This document shows, piece by piece, positions 18,945-28,485 of a DNA stretch of 54,417 nt. Position numbers and translations under genes: made by a program. Numbering within the stretch: the stretch's first letter is position 1; each line of letters begins with the position of its first letter. The notes below the pieces were generated by a model that worked only from the letters and a program-made list of their open reading frames with translations, searched no databases and was not told the origin of the DNA. This stretch comes from a virus (lineage: Duplodnaviria > Heunggongvirae > Uroviricota > Caudoviricetes). Location: IMG/VR virus record IMGVR_UViG_3300009784_000001, positions 1 to 54,417 of that record; one strand, given 5' to 3'.

Positions 18945-19815
18945 AAAAATACTAAATGGAATAAGAAATAATATTAAAGATTATGTTGTAAAAAATGATC
19001 TAAAATCTTTAGTGTTAGGTATTTCAGGTGGAGTAGATTCTGCATTGGTAGCAGCAATTGTTAAACCTGTATGTGATAAACTTAATATTCCTTTAATTGG
19101 GGCATGGATTGAAATTGAAGGAAATAAAATAGAAGAAAGGGAAAGAGCAATAAAAGTAGGTGAAGAGTTTTGTACCCATTTTTTAAAAGTGAATTTAAAA
19201 GCAGAATATAATTCTCTGAAATATAACTCAAGTGGAAATTGTGATGAAATAATTGGCTTATTTTCAATGTTAGATTTACCTTATATACCTTCTATTGAGA
19301 AAGAAACAGAAAATGAAATGAAAATTAGATTAGGTAATATTAAAGCAAGAATGAGAATGATATATCTTTATAATCTTGCTCAAAAATACAGAGGTTGTAC
19401 TTTAAACACTGATAATAAAACTGAATATGAACTAGGTTTTTGGACTATTCATGGAGATGATTTTGATGTAAATTTATTGATTAATTTATGGAAAACAGAA
19501 GTTTATCAATTAGCTAATTATGTATTAACTACATTAAAAACTGATGAAGAAAAAGAAGCATTACAATTATGTATTAATGCAGTTCCAACTGATGGATTAG
19601 GTATTACCAACAGTGATTTTGAACAATTTGGTTGTAATAGTTATGATGAAGTTGATGCTATTTTACAACCTATTATAGATAGATTTGCCGATATTGATGA
19701 ATGGCATATTCTATATAACAGGTATGGAAAAGAAAAAGTAGATAAGATTTTCCAAAGACATCTTAATAGTGCTTTCAAAAGAAGATTACCTATTGATTTA
19801 ACTTATAAAGAATAA
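18931..19815 (+). CDS. nadE: NH3-dependent NAD+ synthetase
   Basis: LGISGGVDSA, GNIKARMRM, TDNKTE..LGFWTIHGD, WKTEVY, PTDGL. ATG 18931 preferred. Confidence 0.92.
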   Translation: MKNFEKILNGIRNNIKDYVVKNDLKSLVLGISGGVDSALVAAIVKPVCDKLNIPLIGAWIEIEGNKIEERERAIKVGEEFCTHFLKVNLKAEYNSLKYNSSGNCDEIIGLFSMLDLPYIPSIEKETENEMKIRLGNIKARMRMIYLYNLAQKYRGCTLNTDNKTEYELGFWTIHGDDFDVNLLINLWKTEVYQLANYVLTTLKTDEEKEALQLCINAVPTDGLGITNSDFEQFGCNSYDEVDAILQPIIDRFADIDEWHILYNRYGKEKVDKIFQRHLNSAFKRRLPIDLTYKE

Positions 19816-19837
19816 TCATATAAATACAATTAGTTAT

Positions 19838-20473
19838 ATGGAAACTTCAGAACTAATTGAAGAATGGATTAAGAAAAATACAGAAGAGATTTTAACATTA
19901 ATTAGAACTAATTTACCAGGATGGTATAGAAGTTCTTTTAATGAGTTTTTAGAAGAAGCAGCACAAGATTTAATTGAAAAATATACAAAAATGGAAAACA
20001 AAGAAAACATAAGTTATGTAGTTCAATCTTATGGTGGAGAATGGGAAGATAGTTGGGAAAGTATTGTAGGAATTTTTACAGATAAAGAAAAAGCTATTAT
20101 AGCAGCCGAAGAAGAATGGGATAGACAGGGAAACTGGCAAAGTAAAATGAAAGTCCCTTTCAAAATATATGTTCAAAACATAGATAATTTTGATTATAAA
20201 GAATATAATGATGAATTATTTGATGAAGAAGATGAAATTGATTACATTTTTCATGATTATTTAGGATATACCAAAGAAGAATGGGAAGAATCAAGTATCT
20301 TATATGAACGAAATTATTATAGTAGTTATGCTTGGACTGACATATATGAATATCCACTTAATTCCACTATAAAAACATATAATGAAAAAATATGGAGTAA
20401 ATCTACTGCTAGTGAAACTACAAGTGATTGGGATTATGAAGTCACAGATACTTTTGATGATGAATTAGTATAA
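19838..20473 (+). CDS. acidic hypothetical protein
   Basis: ORF in operon. Confidence 0.65.
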   Translation: METSELIEEWIKKNTEEILTLIRTNLPGWYRSSFNEFLEEAAQDLIEKYTKMENKENISYVVQSYGGEWEDSWESIVGIFTDKEKAIIAAEEEWDRQGNWQSKMKVPFKIYVQNIDNFDYKEYNDELFDEEDEIDYIFHDYLGYTKEEWEESSILYERNYYSSYAWTDIYEYPLNSTIKTYNEKIWSKSTASETTSDWDYEVTDTFDDELV

Positions 20474-20475
20474 AG

Positions 20476-20838
20476 ATGGAAAAGTTTGAAGAAAAAAGAT
20501 ATACTTTAATTGCATTTAGTAAACTTTCGTTTGCCATTTTTGATGAATATCCTGTGAGTACTGGTCATGTTTTAATTATTTCAAAAAGATATGTTTCATC
20601 CTATTTTGATTTAACTGAAGAAGAACAAAATAATATGTGGCATGTAGTTAATATATGTAAAGCAATTATTCAAAGAGATTATAATCCTGATGGTTTTAAT
20701 ATTGGTATCAATATTGGTGAAATTGCTGGTCAAACTGTACCTCATGTTCATATTCATTTAATCCCTCGTTATAAAGGAGATGTTGAAAATCCAAGAGGTG
20801 GAGTAAGAGGAATAATTCCAAATAAGCAAAATTATTGA
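20476..20838 (+). CDS. HIT family hydrolase
   Basis: D.YPVS.GH.L, GFNIG.N.G..AGQTVPHVHIHLIPR. Confidence 0.95.
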   Translation: MEKFEEKRYTLIAFSKLSFAIFDEYPVSTGHVLIISKRYVSSYFDLTEEEQNNMWHVVNICKAIIQRDYNPDGFNIGINIGEIAGQTVPHVHIHLIPRYKGDVENPRGGVRGIIPNKQNY

Positions 20839-20839
20839 A

Positions 20840-21493
20840 ATGAAAGAAAAAATAAGGGAATTAATTACTCAACTTGATGAAACTAATTGCATTATTAATC
20901 TGGAAGAAAATGGATTACATTTTACTCCTGCCCTTTTTAGATATGATAATACATATCAAATATATTGGAATAGTTTGTCCCAATGTAGAGAATATAATTT
21001 AGAACATTTAATAGAAGAATATGATAGGCTATTAAAAATTTTAAGTGGAACTTTTGAACTTAAACTTGTTCCAAAAGAAGATTTTTATAATTTAAGAAGA
21101 TACCAAATAAAAGAAGATATTGAAAATGAACGAAATTCAAAAGATGAAAATAACTTAAAAAGTATTACTAGAAAAGTAGAAAAGTATGGGGGTACTTATG
21201 TTATTAATAATTCAAAAGAAATCAAACTTTTAGTAGCTGCTTGTTCAAGTGATGAGGATTATTATTATGTTTATTTGGATATCAAAAATGGAGAATGGCA
21301 TATTGAATATGACACTTGTGTTGGAGGATTTATCCCTTTAAAAGGTGTTCTACCTGATTGCCATTATCAAAAAATAATTAATTTGATAATGGAAAAGGCA
21401 AGGATAGATTACAAAGAAAATTTAATTAAATATATACAAGAATGTTTTGAGAAGTTAGATTCCGATATGTTATTTACTTCAATTTATATATAA
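20840..21493 (+). CDS. hypothetical protein
   Basis: ORF in operon. Confidence 0.65.
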   Translation: MKEKIRELITQLDETNCIINLEENGLHFTPALFRYDNTYQIYWNSLSQCREYNLEHLIEEYDRLLKILSGTFELKLVPKEDFYNLRRYQIKEDIENERNSKDENNLKSITRKVEKYGGTYVINNSKEIKLLVAACSSDEDYYYVYLDIKNGEWHIEYDTCVGGFIPLKGVLPDCHYQKIINLIMEKARIDYKENLIKYIQECFEKLDSDMLFTSIYI

Positions 21494-21552
21494 AATTAGT
21501 TTAGGTTAATTTATTCATTTTTGTAAATATTTATTCATGAAATTTTCTTAAA

Positions 21553-22752
21553 ATGAAGTTAAATATTTTAAAAGGAGTAAAAGATAACCTTGGAACATTA
21601 CCAACAGATAACCCTAATAATGTGTATGTTACAACAGATGATGGGGAGATATATTTAGGAAATAAAATATGGAAAGCTATTAGTACAGAAGTAACAGCAC
21701 ATAGACAGGCATATATTAAAGAAACTGATGGTACAAATATATTAGTTGATTTAACATCTGAAAACATGATACCTGATGGATTTAGTTACACTTTATTAAG
21801 AAATCCAGTTGGCCCTAATCAAGACAAAGTATTGGTAGCAAGTTGGGATGGGACATTTAGCTTACAACCTCCATTAATCACAGGATTTACAGATCCAAAT
21901 CATACTTCATTAGGTGAAGGAATGTCTGTAAATGGATATGGTGGAACAGGAATTGGTATAGGCAGCAATGCAGATGGATGGCATTCTGTAGCATTAGGGA
22001 TTTACTGTAAAGCACCCACTCAATATTCAATTGCAATAGGTGATACTGCTGAATGTGTTCCCAATGAATGTATATCTATAGGTTATTTTGCTAAGTGTGA
22101 TGAAAATGCTGATGGAAGTATAGCTTTGGGAGAACATTCATATACTGATGAGCCTGATGTATTATCAATTGGTAGTGATAGTAAAAAAAGACGTATAACA
22201 AATATGGCTGATGGAATTAATCCAACAGATGGAGCAACAAAAAATCAAGTAGATAATATTCAACTTGCATTTAGCCCTCATTTATGGGAGTTTGCAACTG
22301 AATATGATCTTGGAGATGGAAGTTATGGTCAAAGATTCGAGAATGATCCTTCTTTTTCTTTACCACTTGGTACATCTTCTACAACTGTAGAGATTGCTTC
22401 TGATATTATTATTGATAATATTATTTTGATGGGCGGATATTATCAAGTAGATTTTGGAGAACCTGCTGGACTTATAGTTAAATATATAATTGGTCAATAT
22501 TATAGTCCTGATAATTATACTTCTATCATATATACAAATTTTAATGGTATTGGTGATAAAGGATTACATTTAAATATAACAGATTCCAGTTCTTCTAATA
22601 TGGGTGATATTACAACTTTCAAATTTAGTTATGATGTATGGATAAGATATACAAAATCAGCTATAGCACAAGCAAACACAGCAATAATAGGGGGTAATAA
22701 AATAACTCCAGATCCAGTGATAAAAAATGATAGTATAACAAATCCAAGTTAA
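21553..22752 (+). CDS. fibre-like protein with YadA-type head repeats and neck/stalk motif
   Basis: SVALG/SIAIG/SIALG repeats, then VLSIG...RRITNMADG..TDGATKNQV; no signal peptide or barrel anchor. Confidence 0.7.
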   Translation: MKLNILKGVKDNLGTLPTDNPNNVYVTTDDGEIYLGNKIWKAISTEVTAHRQAYIKETDGTNILVDLTSENMIPDGFSYTLLRNPVGPNQDKVLVASWDGTFSLQPPLITGFTDPNHTSLGEGMSVNGYGGTGIGIGSNADGWHSVALGIYCKAPTQYSIAIGDTAECVPNECISIGYFAKCDENADGSIALGEHSYTDEPDVLSIGSDSKKRRITNMADGINPTDGATKNQVDNIQLAFSPHLWEFATEYDLGDGSYGQRFENDPSFSLPLGTSSTTVEIASDIIIDNIILMGGYYQVDFGEPAGLIVKYIIGQYYSPDNYTSIIYTNFNGIGDKGLHLNITDSSSSNMGDITTFKFSYDVWIRYTKSAIAQANTAIIGGNKITPDPVIKNDSITNPS

Positions 22753-22770
22753 TTAAAAATATAGTTGATA

Positions 22771-23703
22771 ATGGAGTTATATTTAGGAGATTGTCTTAAA
22801 ATAATGAAAGAAATAGATGATAAATCTATTGATTTAATTCTAGTTGATCCTCCTTATAACACAAGTGGTTGTTCTTGGGATATTATCATTCCATTTAATG
22901 AAATGTGGGATAGAATTAAAAGAATAATTAAACCAAAAGGAATTATATGTATATTTGGTTCTGAACCATTTTCTTCTCTTCTTCGTTGTAGTAATCTTGA
23001 ATGGTTTAAATATGATTGGATATGGGAAAAGAATAATGCAGGTAATTTCCAATTAGTAAATTATCAGCCATTAAAAATTCATGAAATAATATCTGTATTT
23101 TATAATGAAACTCCTAACATGCAATTCGCTGATATTATGAAGTTTCACATGAAAAGACTAAACCTTAAACAAATAGATATATCCAGATTGGAGTTATCAA
23201 GAACTGGTGGATTAACAGGATGGGTAACTAATAAATTAAATGGCTCTCAATTACCAACTCCTGAGCAATGGTTAAAAATATGCAATTTATTTGGTATTGA
23301 AAATGAATATGAAGAAATATTATCTAATGTTGAATATCCAACTTATAATATGAATTTAAATGACACTAATTTAATATTATCTAATAAAAATAAGGGTGGG
23401 ACATTAGGTCATTTATCAAGTGAAAATAAAAGAGATAAGTATACTCAAAATAAAACAGGCTATCCAAAATCAATAATTAAGTTTGATAGAGAAACAGGAT
23501 TACATCCAACACAAAAACCAGTGAAATTAATGGAATTTTTAATTAAACTTTATAGCAATGAAAACGAAACAATATTGGATTTTTGTATGGGTTCAGGGAC
23601 GACAGGAGTAGCATGCAGGAATTTGAATAGGAATTTTATTGGAATTGAAAAAGAAAAAGAATATTTTTGTATTGCAAAAGACAGAATAAATGGATGCAAT
23701 TAA
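22771..23703 (+). CDS. N4C/N6A DNA methyltransferase (beta class) with inserted HTH-like segment
   Basis: GDCL, DPPY, HPTQKP, LDFCMGSGTTG; insert at 23119-23301. Confidence 0.9.
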   Translation: MELYLGDCLKIMKEIDDKSIDLILVDPPYNTSGCSWDIIIPFNEMWDRIKRIIKPKGIICIFGSEPFSSLLRCSNLEWFKYDWIWEKNNAGNFQLVNYQPLKIHEIISVFYNETPNMQFADIMKFHMKRLNLKQIDISRLELSRTGGLTGWVTNKLNGSQLPTPEQWLKICNLFGIENEYEEILSNVEYPTYNMNLNDTNLILSNKNKGGTLGHLSSENKRDKYTQNKTGYPKSIIKFDRETGLHPTQKPVKLMEFLIKLYSNENETILDFCMGSGTTGVACRNLNRNFIGIEKEKEYFCIAKDRINGCN

Positions 23704-23902
23704 TGAAGAAATATGGGGTACTTATCTTTTTTATGTAAAAAAGAAAAATGATACTAAAGCTGGAAATGGTAAAAGAATGAAAGCTAGAGGAATTAATTCG
23801 GAAGATGCTAAATCAAAAATTATAAGATGGCTTGGCAGAGAATATGGCAAAGATAATTATATCTTAAGTGTTGATGGAAGTTATGGATTATTAAAAATAT
23901 AA
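23690..23902 (+). CDS. hypothetical protein
   Basis: ORF in operon. Confidence 0.6.
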   Translation: MDAINEEIWGTYLFYVKKKNDTKAGNGKRMKARGINSEDAKSKIIRWLGREYGKDNYILSVDGSYGLLKI

Positions 23903-23904
23903 TT

Positions 23905-24423
23905 ATGTTAGAAAGTTTTGAAGAAAAAATGAAAAGTTGTGTCTTTTTTATTGAAGCAAATGATAATGAAAGGCATGAACTTTGGTCTAAATGGGTAAGA
24001 CCAACTACTGATACTTTTGAAGAAATATGTAAAATACTTGAAAAAAGCAAAGAAGAATCATTTGAAAATTGGAAATTAATTACCAAATTCTCTAAATTGA
24101 AATATAATATGTGGGGATATGGATTTAATAGAGAAGATTGGGAAGAAGATAGTTTTGGAACCTTGCTTCAAATAGGAAAACTTTATGAGGATGAAGATAA
24201 ATTTAGCCCTGTTTGTGTTTCTTTCAGTTTTGCAAAATGGTTTGGTCAAAGAGTTTGTTTTTATTACCCAACTTCAAGATATGTTGATAATACAATGATA
24301 GAAGAATGGATTAAAACAAATTATCCTAAAAAATACGATAATGATAGAAGATGGGCAATGACTGATTCTACTAATGTTCATCATGCTATTAGTGAATGTG
24401 AAAGATTAGTTAACATTAAATAG
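23905..24423 (+). CDS. hypothetical protein
   Basis: ORF in operon. Confidence 0.7.
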   Translation: MLESFEEKMKSCVFFIEANDNERHELWSKWVRPTTDTFEEICKILEKSKEESFENWKLITKFSKLKYNMWGYGFNREDWEEDSFGTLLQIGKLYEDEDKFSPVCVSFSFAKWFGQRVCFYYPTSRYVDNTMIEEWIKTNYPKKYDNDRRWAMTDSTNVHHAISECERLVNIK

Positions 24424-24424
24424 T

Positions 24425-25078
24425 ATGGGAGTTAAAGTAAATAAAAATAAATTAACTAATTATGAACTTTTTTCTGGGGGTGCTTTTGGCAGTGATGCTT
24501 ATTTTGGTATTATAGGTCAAGAATATGGTATTCAACAATATCATTTTAGACCTCCTGGAAATGAAAGATTATCTAAATTATTAAGAGATAATAATATTCA
24601 ACCTGTTGTCTTATCTAAAAAGGAAATGGATGAATGTTATAAGGAAGTTGCTCATATATATGGAAAAGATAACCTTGAACATAATATTGGAAATGATTTA
24701 AAAGCAAGAAATTATTATCAGGTTAAAAATGCAGATGCTGTATTCGCTATTGCAAAAATTACAGGGAAAGCAGTAAAAGGTGGAACTAATGTAGCTGTTC
24801 AATTAGGAATATTACAAAGTAAGCCTGTATATGTTTATGATTATGATGATAAAAAATGGTATTTATGGTCCGTTGCTGAAAATAAATTCATAGTATATAA
24901 TGACGTTCCAATTTTAACTAAAAAGTTTGCAGGAGTTGGAACAAGAGGATGTCAAAAATATCAAATTCAAAAAAATGGAGAATGGATTGATACACCAGAT
25001 TATCTAGGAATTAGTATTGAAACAGAAGTTAAAAGTGAAATTAAAAAATTATTTAATAAAGCATTAAAATTAGCATAA
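24425..25078 (+). CDS. SLOG-superfamily (YspA/DprA/LOG-like) protein
   Basis: SGGAFGSD, ARN..QV..ADAVFAI, GGT..AVQL. Confidence 0.6.
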   Translation: MGVKVNKNKLTNYELFSGGAFGSDAYFGIIGQEYGIQQYHFRPPGNERLSKLLRDNNIQPVVLSKKEMDECYKEVAHIYGKDNLEHNIGNDLKARNYYQVKNADAVFAIAKITGKAVKGGTNVAVQLGILQSKPVYVYDYDDKKWYLWSVAENKFIVYNDVPILTKKFAGVGTRGCQKYQIQKNGEWIDTPDYLGISIETEVKSEIKKLFNKALKLA

Positions 25079-25082
25079 AAAC

Positions 25083-25113
25083 TTTGAAAATTAGAAAATT
25101 ATTAGTATCTTTG
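25083..25113 (+). promoter_or_regulatory. -33/-7 promoter
   Basis: TTTG 25083-86, 19 nt, TAtcTTTG 25106-13. Confidence 0.7.
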
Positions 25114-25135
25114 TATTATATAAAAATATAATAAT

Positions 25136-26116
25136 ATGTTTAGTAATCAATTAAAAAATAGATTTATTTCAGATTACAATTTGAATATGATTCAAGTTTT
25201 ACAATCTCCATATTTTGAGTATTATCTTGATTTATATGAACCCTATAATCAAGCCCGAACCAAATGGAATAAATTGGTTTTATTAATAAATGAACATTTT
25301 AATGGCAATGAACATTTATTTTTAGAAGAATATGCTAAACAAAGAGATAATATAATTACTTCCATTGAGAAATCAGAAACATACAAAGAATTTAATATTT
25401 TTGATATGTCAGCTTATAATGGATTAAATGTAGCTTTTCATAAGTTACCAAAATCATCTGTTTATATTGAATCTAATAATGGGAAAAAATTCATTTCTAT
25501 TGATTTAAGAAAAGCTAATTTTCAAGGATTAAAATTTCATAATAATGAATTAGTAAATAATACAGAAAGTTATGATGAATTTATTGAATCATATCTTGGA
25601 ACAAATCATCCATTACTAAAATATTTTCAAGAAAGTAAATATTCAAGACAAGTGATATTTGGAAAGTTAAATATGTCAAGAAATATTACCATTCAGAAAT
25701 CTATTATGGAAAGTGTTTTTGAATCTTTAAGTGATTTAATGGAAGAATATTCCACAGTTCTTAAATATTATTCATTTTCTACTGATGAACTTATAATTGA
25801 AGTATTACATCCTTCTGATATTCCTGAAATAATTCAAGAAATGTATTATTTAATAAATAATAAAGCAAATGTAAAAATTCAATATTATAAATTGGAATTA
25901 GTTAATTTTTTAACAAGTAATAATTCAACTCTTTCTGTTTATTTAAAAGATAATATAGTTCCTTTTGTAGATGGAAAAGAAATAATGTGTTGCCCTACAA
26001 CTTATTTTAGTCAAGTATATAAACTGTTAAATGAAAGAGAAATTGAAGAAAATGATATGATATTTTATTATGAACATCAATTAGCAAAATTTTTAACGCC
26101 ATTAAAAATTAAATAA
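25136..26116 (+). CDS. conserved-looking hypothetical protein
   Basis: 326-aa ORF with its own promoter. Confidence 0.75.
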   Translation: MFSNQLKNRFISDYNLNMIQVLQSPYFEYYLDLYEPYNQARTKWNKLVLLINEHFNGNEHLFLEEYAKQRDNIITSIEKSETYKEFNIFDMSAYNGLNVAFHKLPKSSVYIESNNGKKFISIDLRKANFQGLKFHNNELVNNTESYDEFIESYLGTNHPLLKYFQESKYSRQVIFGKLNMSRNITIQKSIMESVFESLSDLMEEYSTVLKYYSFSTDELIIEVLHPSDIPEIIQEMYYLINNKANVKIQYYKLELVNFLTSNNSTLSVYLKDNIVPFVDGKEIMCCPTTYFSQVYKLLNEREIEENDMIFYYEHQLAKFLTPLKIK

Positions 26117-26117
26117 T

Positions 26118-26384
26118 ATGAAATTAAATTATTTTGATATTAACAAACATAGGAACGAATATCCTTGGAATAGGCAACAAGAAATAAAAACAAAAAAATT
26201 GCTTTCATTATATTTCAATAATAAGTATATGGATTCTATACAGATAGAAATTTCAAATAGAGGCAAACTTTTTTGGTTCAATACAAAAAATAAAGTAAAT
26301 GTATTTGGATTTTGGAATAAAAAAGAGCGTCCTGAAGGTAAATTTTATGAATCTTGGGGAAATGATGGTACAATGTGTAGTTAA
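26118..26384 (+). CDS. hypothetical protein
   Basis: ORF in operon. Confidence 0.55.
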   Translation: MKLNYFDINKHRNEYPWNRQQEIKTKKLLSLYFNNKYMDSIQIEISNRGKLFWFNTKNKVNVFGFWNKKERPEGKFYESWGNDGTMCS

Positions 26385-26431
26385 ATAAAAATTATATAAA
26401 AATAAGTTAAATAATTAAAAATTAAGAAGTT

Positions 26432-26914
26432 ATGTCGGTTAATAAAGTGATTCTAGTGGGCAACTTAGGTAAAGACCCAGAAGTAAGAGAAGTAGGACAA
26501 AATAGAGTGGCGCAAGTGCCATTAGCAACTACTGAAAGAGGATTTAAGAAAGCAGATGGTACAGAAGTACCTGATAGAACAGAATGGCACAATTTGGTTG
26601 CTTGGAATGGTTTGGCTACTATTTTAGAAAAATATACATCAAAAGGTAGCAAGATTTATGTAGAAGGTAAAATTAGAAATAGAAGCTATGAAACTTCAAG
26701 TGGAGAAAAGAGATATATAACCGAAATATTTGTTGATAATATTGATTTATTGTCTTCAAATAATAATGGTAATAGCAATGGCTCTGTTCCTCCTCCACCT
26801 CCTGCTACTGCATCTACAACAAAACAAAGTAGTAATAAAGATACAAAACAAACTAAATCATCATATACTCCTCCACCTGTTGAGGATACAAATGATGATG
26901 ATTTACCATTCTAA
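26432..26914 (+). CDS. ssb: single-stranded DNA-binding protein
   Basis: VNKVILVGNLGKDPE, TEWH, VEGKIR.R.Y, terminal DDDLPF. Confidence 0.97.
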   Translation: MSVNKVILVGNLGKDPEVREVGQNRVAQVPLATTERGFKKADGTEVPDRTEWHNLVAWNGLATILEKYTSKGSKIYVEGKIRNRSYETSSGEKRYITEIFVDNIDLLSSNNNGNSNGSVPPPPPATASTTKQSSNKDTKQTKSSYTPPPVEDTNDDDLPF

Positions 26915-26927
26915 ATTATTAGAAAAG

Positions 26928-26965
26928 AAAATCCCAAGTCATTTAATTGATTTGGGATTTTTTTA
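26928..26965. terminator. bidirectional intrinsic terminator
   Basis: aaaatcccaagtc / gatttgggatttt stem between convergent genes. Confidence 0.8.
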
Positions 26966-27813
26966 TTATGTTTTTGTATATTTTACTACTATATTATAAG
27001 TTGAAACAGGATTACCATATGATGATGTATAATTATTTTGGACTGCAATTCCGTAAAGAACAGGAATACCTTGTGTTTGAGTAAAGTAAAGAGATAATCC
27101 TACTCCTGGTGTATTTGAAGTAGATGGAATAAAATGGTGGGGAAGAGGCTGATTTGTCATTACAATGCAAGGTTCACTGAACCAAGCAGTATGAGAAGAA
27201 GGATTTATTCCATATATACTAAGATCATTAACTAAAATAGTATTTGAACCAGGGGATAAACTATTAAAAATTCCAGTAAATACTTGTAAATAAACAGGTT
27301 TCCCATTATATGTTTCATTTGTTAGTTGCTCATAAGGGTAAGATGTACCTAAATCAATAATTGGAGATACTGGTTGCCAATAACTCCATATTCCTGTTCC
27401 TCCTGTATTATCTATAAATCTATATTCATACATAGGAGCTTTGGAACCACCACCAGTTGGATTTCCTATTCCAGCTCCCCATCTATATTGTACTGTATAA
27501 GTTCCTTGCCAAGAAGCAGTATTTTGTATTAAGATAAATTGTGCTACAAAAGGAGGAGGCGAAAGTAGTTTAAAATCTCTATATGTGTAAACTCCATCAG
27601 TTAAATTATCTAAATTTGGAGATTGCCCTAAATCAATAATTCCATTAAAGCTATAAACATTCGCTCCATCTGGATTTCCATATAATCTCATAAGTGTTTC
27701 TCCAGATTTCACTCCGAAAGCTATTTCCCCTTTATTCAATCCATTAGCACCATTAAGGGGGGGGGGTAATTAGAAGTTGGTGCTATTACTTTTAAATTTG
27801 TTGGTATATTCAT
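26966..27813 (-). pseudogene. fibre/receptor-binding-like gene frameshifted at a C10 tract (likely phase-variable)
   Basis: ATG 27813 is 74 nt from the TTG of track ORF 26966..27739; C8 or C11 joins them into MNIPTNLKVIAPTSNYPP(P)LNGANGLNKGEIAFG... Confidence 0.75.
27757..27766 (-). repeat. homopolymer G10 (+) / C10 (coding strand)
   Basis: cattaa-gggggggggg-taatt; the only such run seen in this AT-rich window. Confidence 0.95.
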
Positions 27814-27890
27814 AATAACATTTATTTTAGATATAAATATTCAATTCCTTTAATTTAGGAACTATTTATATAATATATAATAAAGGAATT

Positions 27891-28484
27891 ATGATAGAAA
27901 AACAAGATTTCAAAAAATTATTTCCACAAGCAAAAGAGGGAGTTTATGAAGCAATAGTTAAATCGCAAGAAAAATATAACTTACCTGATATTAATTATTT
28001 CTTATCTAATGCAGCACATGAAAGTGGTAGCTTTACAGTTTTTATTGAAAATTTAAATTATTCAGCAACAAGATTGTTACAAGTATTCCCCAAATATTTC
28101 AGTGGGGTAAGTCTTTCTTTGTATGCTAATAAACCTGAAAAGATCGCTAACAGAGTTTATGCTAACAGAATTGGTAATGGTAATGAAGCATCTGGAGATG
28201 GATGGAAATTCCGTGGACGTGGAGCCATTCAGATCACTGGACGTGCTAATTATCAAATGATAGGGGTATTAATGGGGTTAGATTTAACAAATAAACCTGA
28301 ATTGTTAGAACAATTAAATTATGCAGTAGAAAGTGCATTTGTGTGGTGGAGAAAAAATGCTTTAGGAAAATATAATACTCTTGCAGAGTCTAGAAAAATT
28401 GTGAACGGTGGAACTAATGGTTTAACAGAAGTAACTGGCTATTTTAACAAATTAAATAATTGTAATCAAATATTAATGGCATAA
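27891..28484 (+). CDS. glycoside hydrolase family 19 endolysin
   Basis: AHESG, ENLNYSA, IANRVYANR.GNG, DGWKFRGRG.IQITG..NY, NGG.NG. Confidence 0.9.
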   Translation: MIEKQDFKKLFPQAKEGVYEAIVKSQEKYNLPDINYFLSNAAHESGSFTVFIENLNYSATRLLQVFPKYFSGVSLSLYANKPEKIANRVYANRIGNGNEASGDGWKFRGRGAIQITGRANYQMIGVLMGLDLTNKPELLEQLNYAVESAFVWWRKNALGKYNTLAESRKIVNGGTNGLTEVTGYFNKLNNCNQILMA

Positions 28485-28485
28485 A

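Noticed and set aside
21553-22752. A true trimeric autotransporter
   Set aside because: No signal peptide and no C-terminal beta-barrel anchor.
2844-24423. Stop-codon recoding (TAG to Gln), known in some Bacteroidota phages
   Set aside because: Long genes are intact in code 11, and TAG ends ORFs at 3242, 12353 and 24423 with the next ATG 1-4 nt later.
21553-27813. The two fibre-like genes as additional DGR targets
   Set aside because: No TR-like sequence found in either by eye; a BLASTn with TR would settle it.
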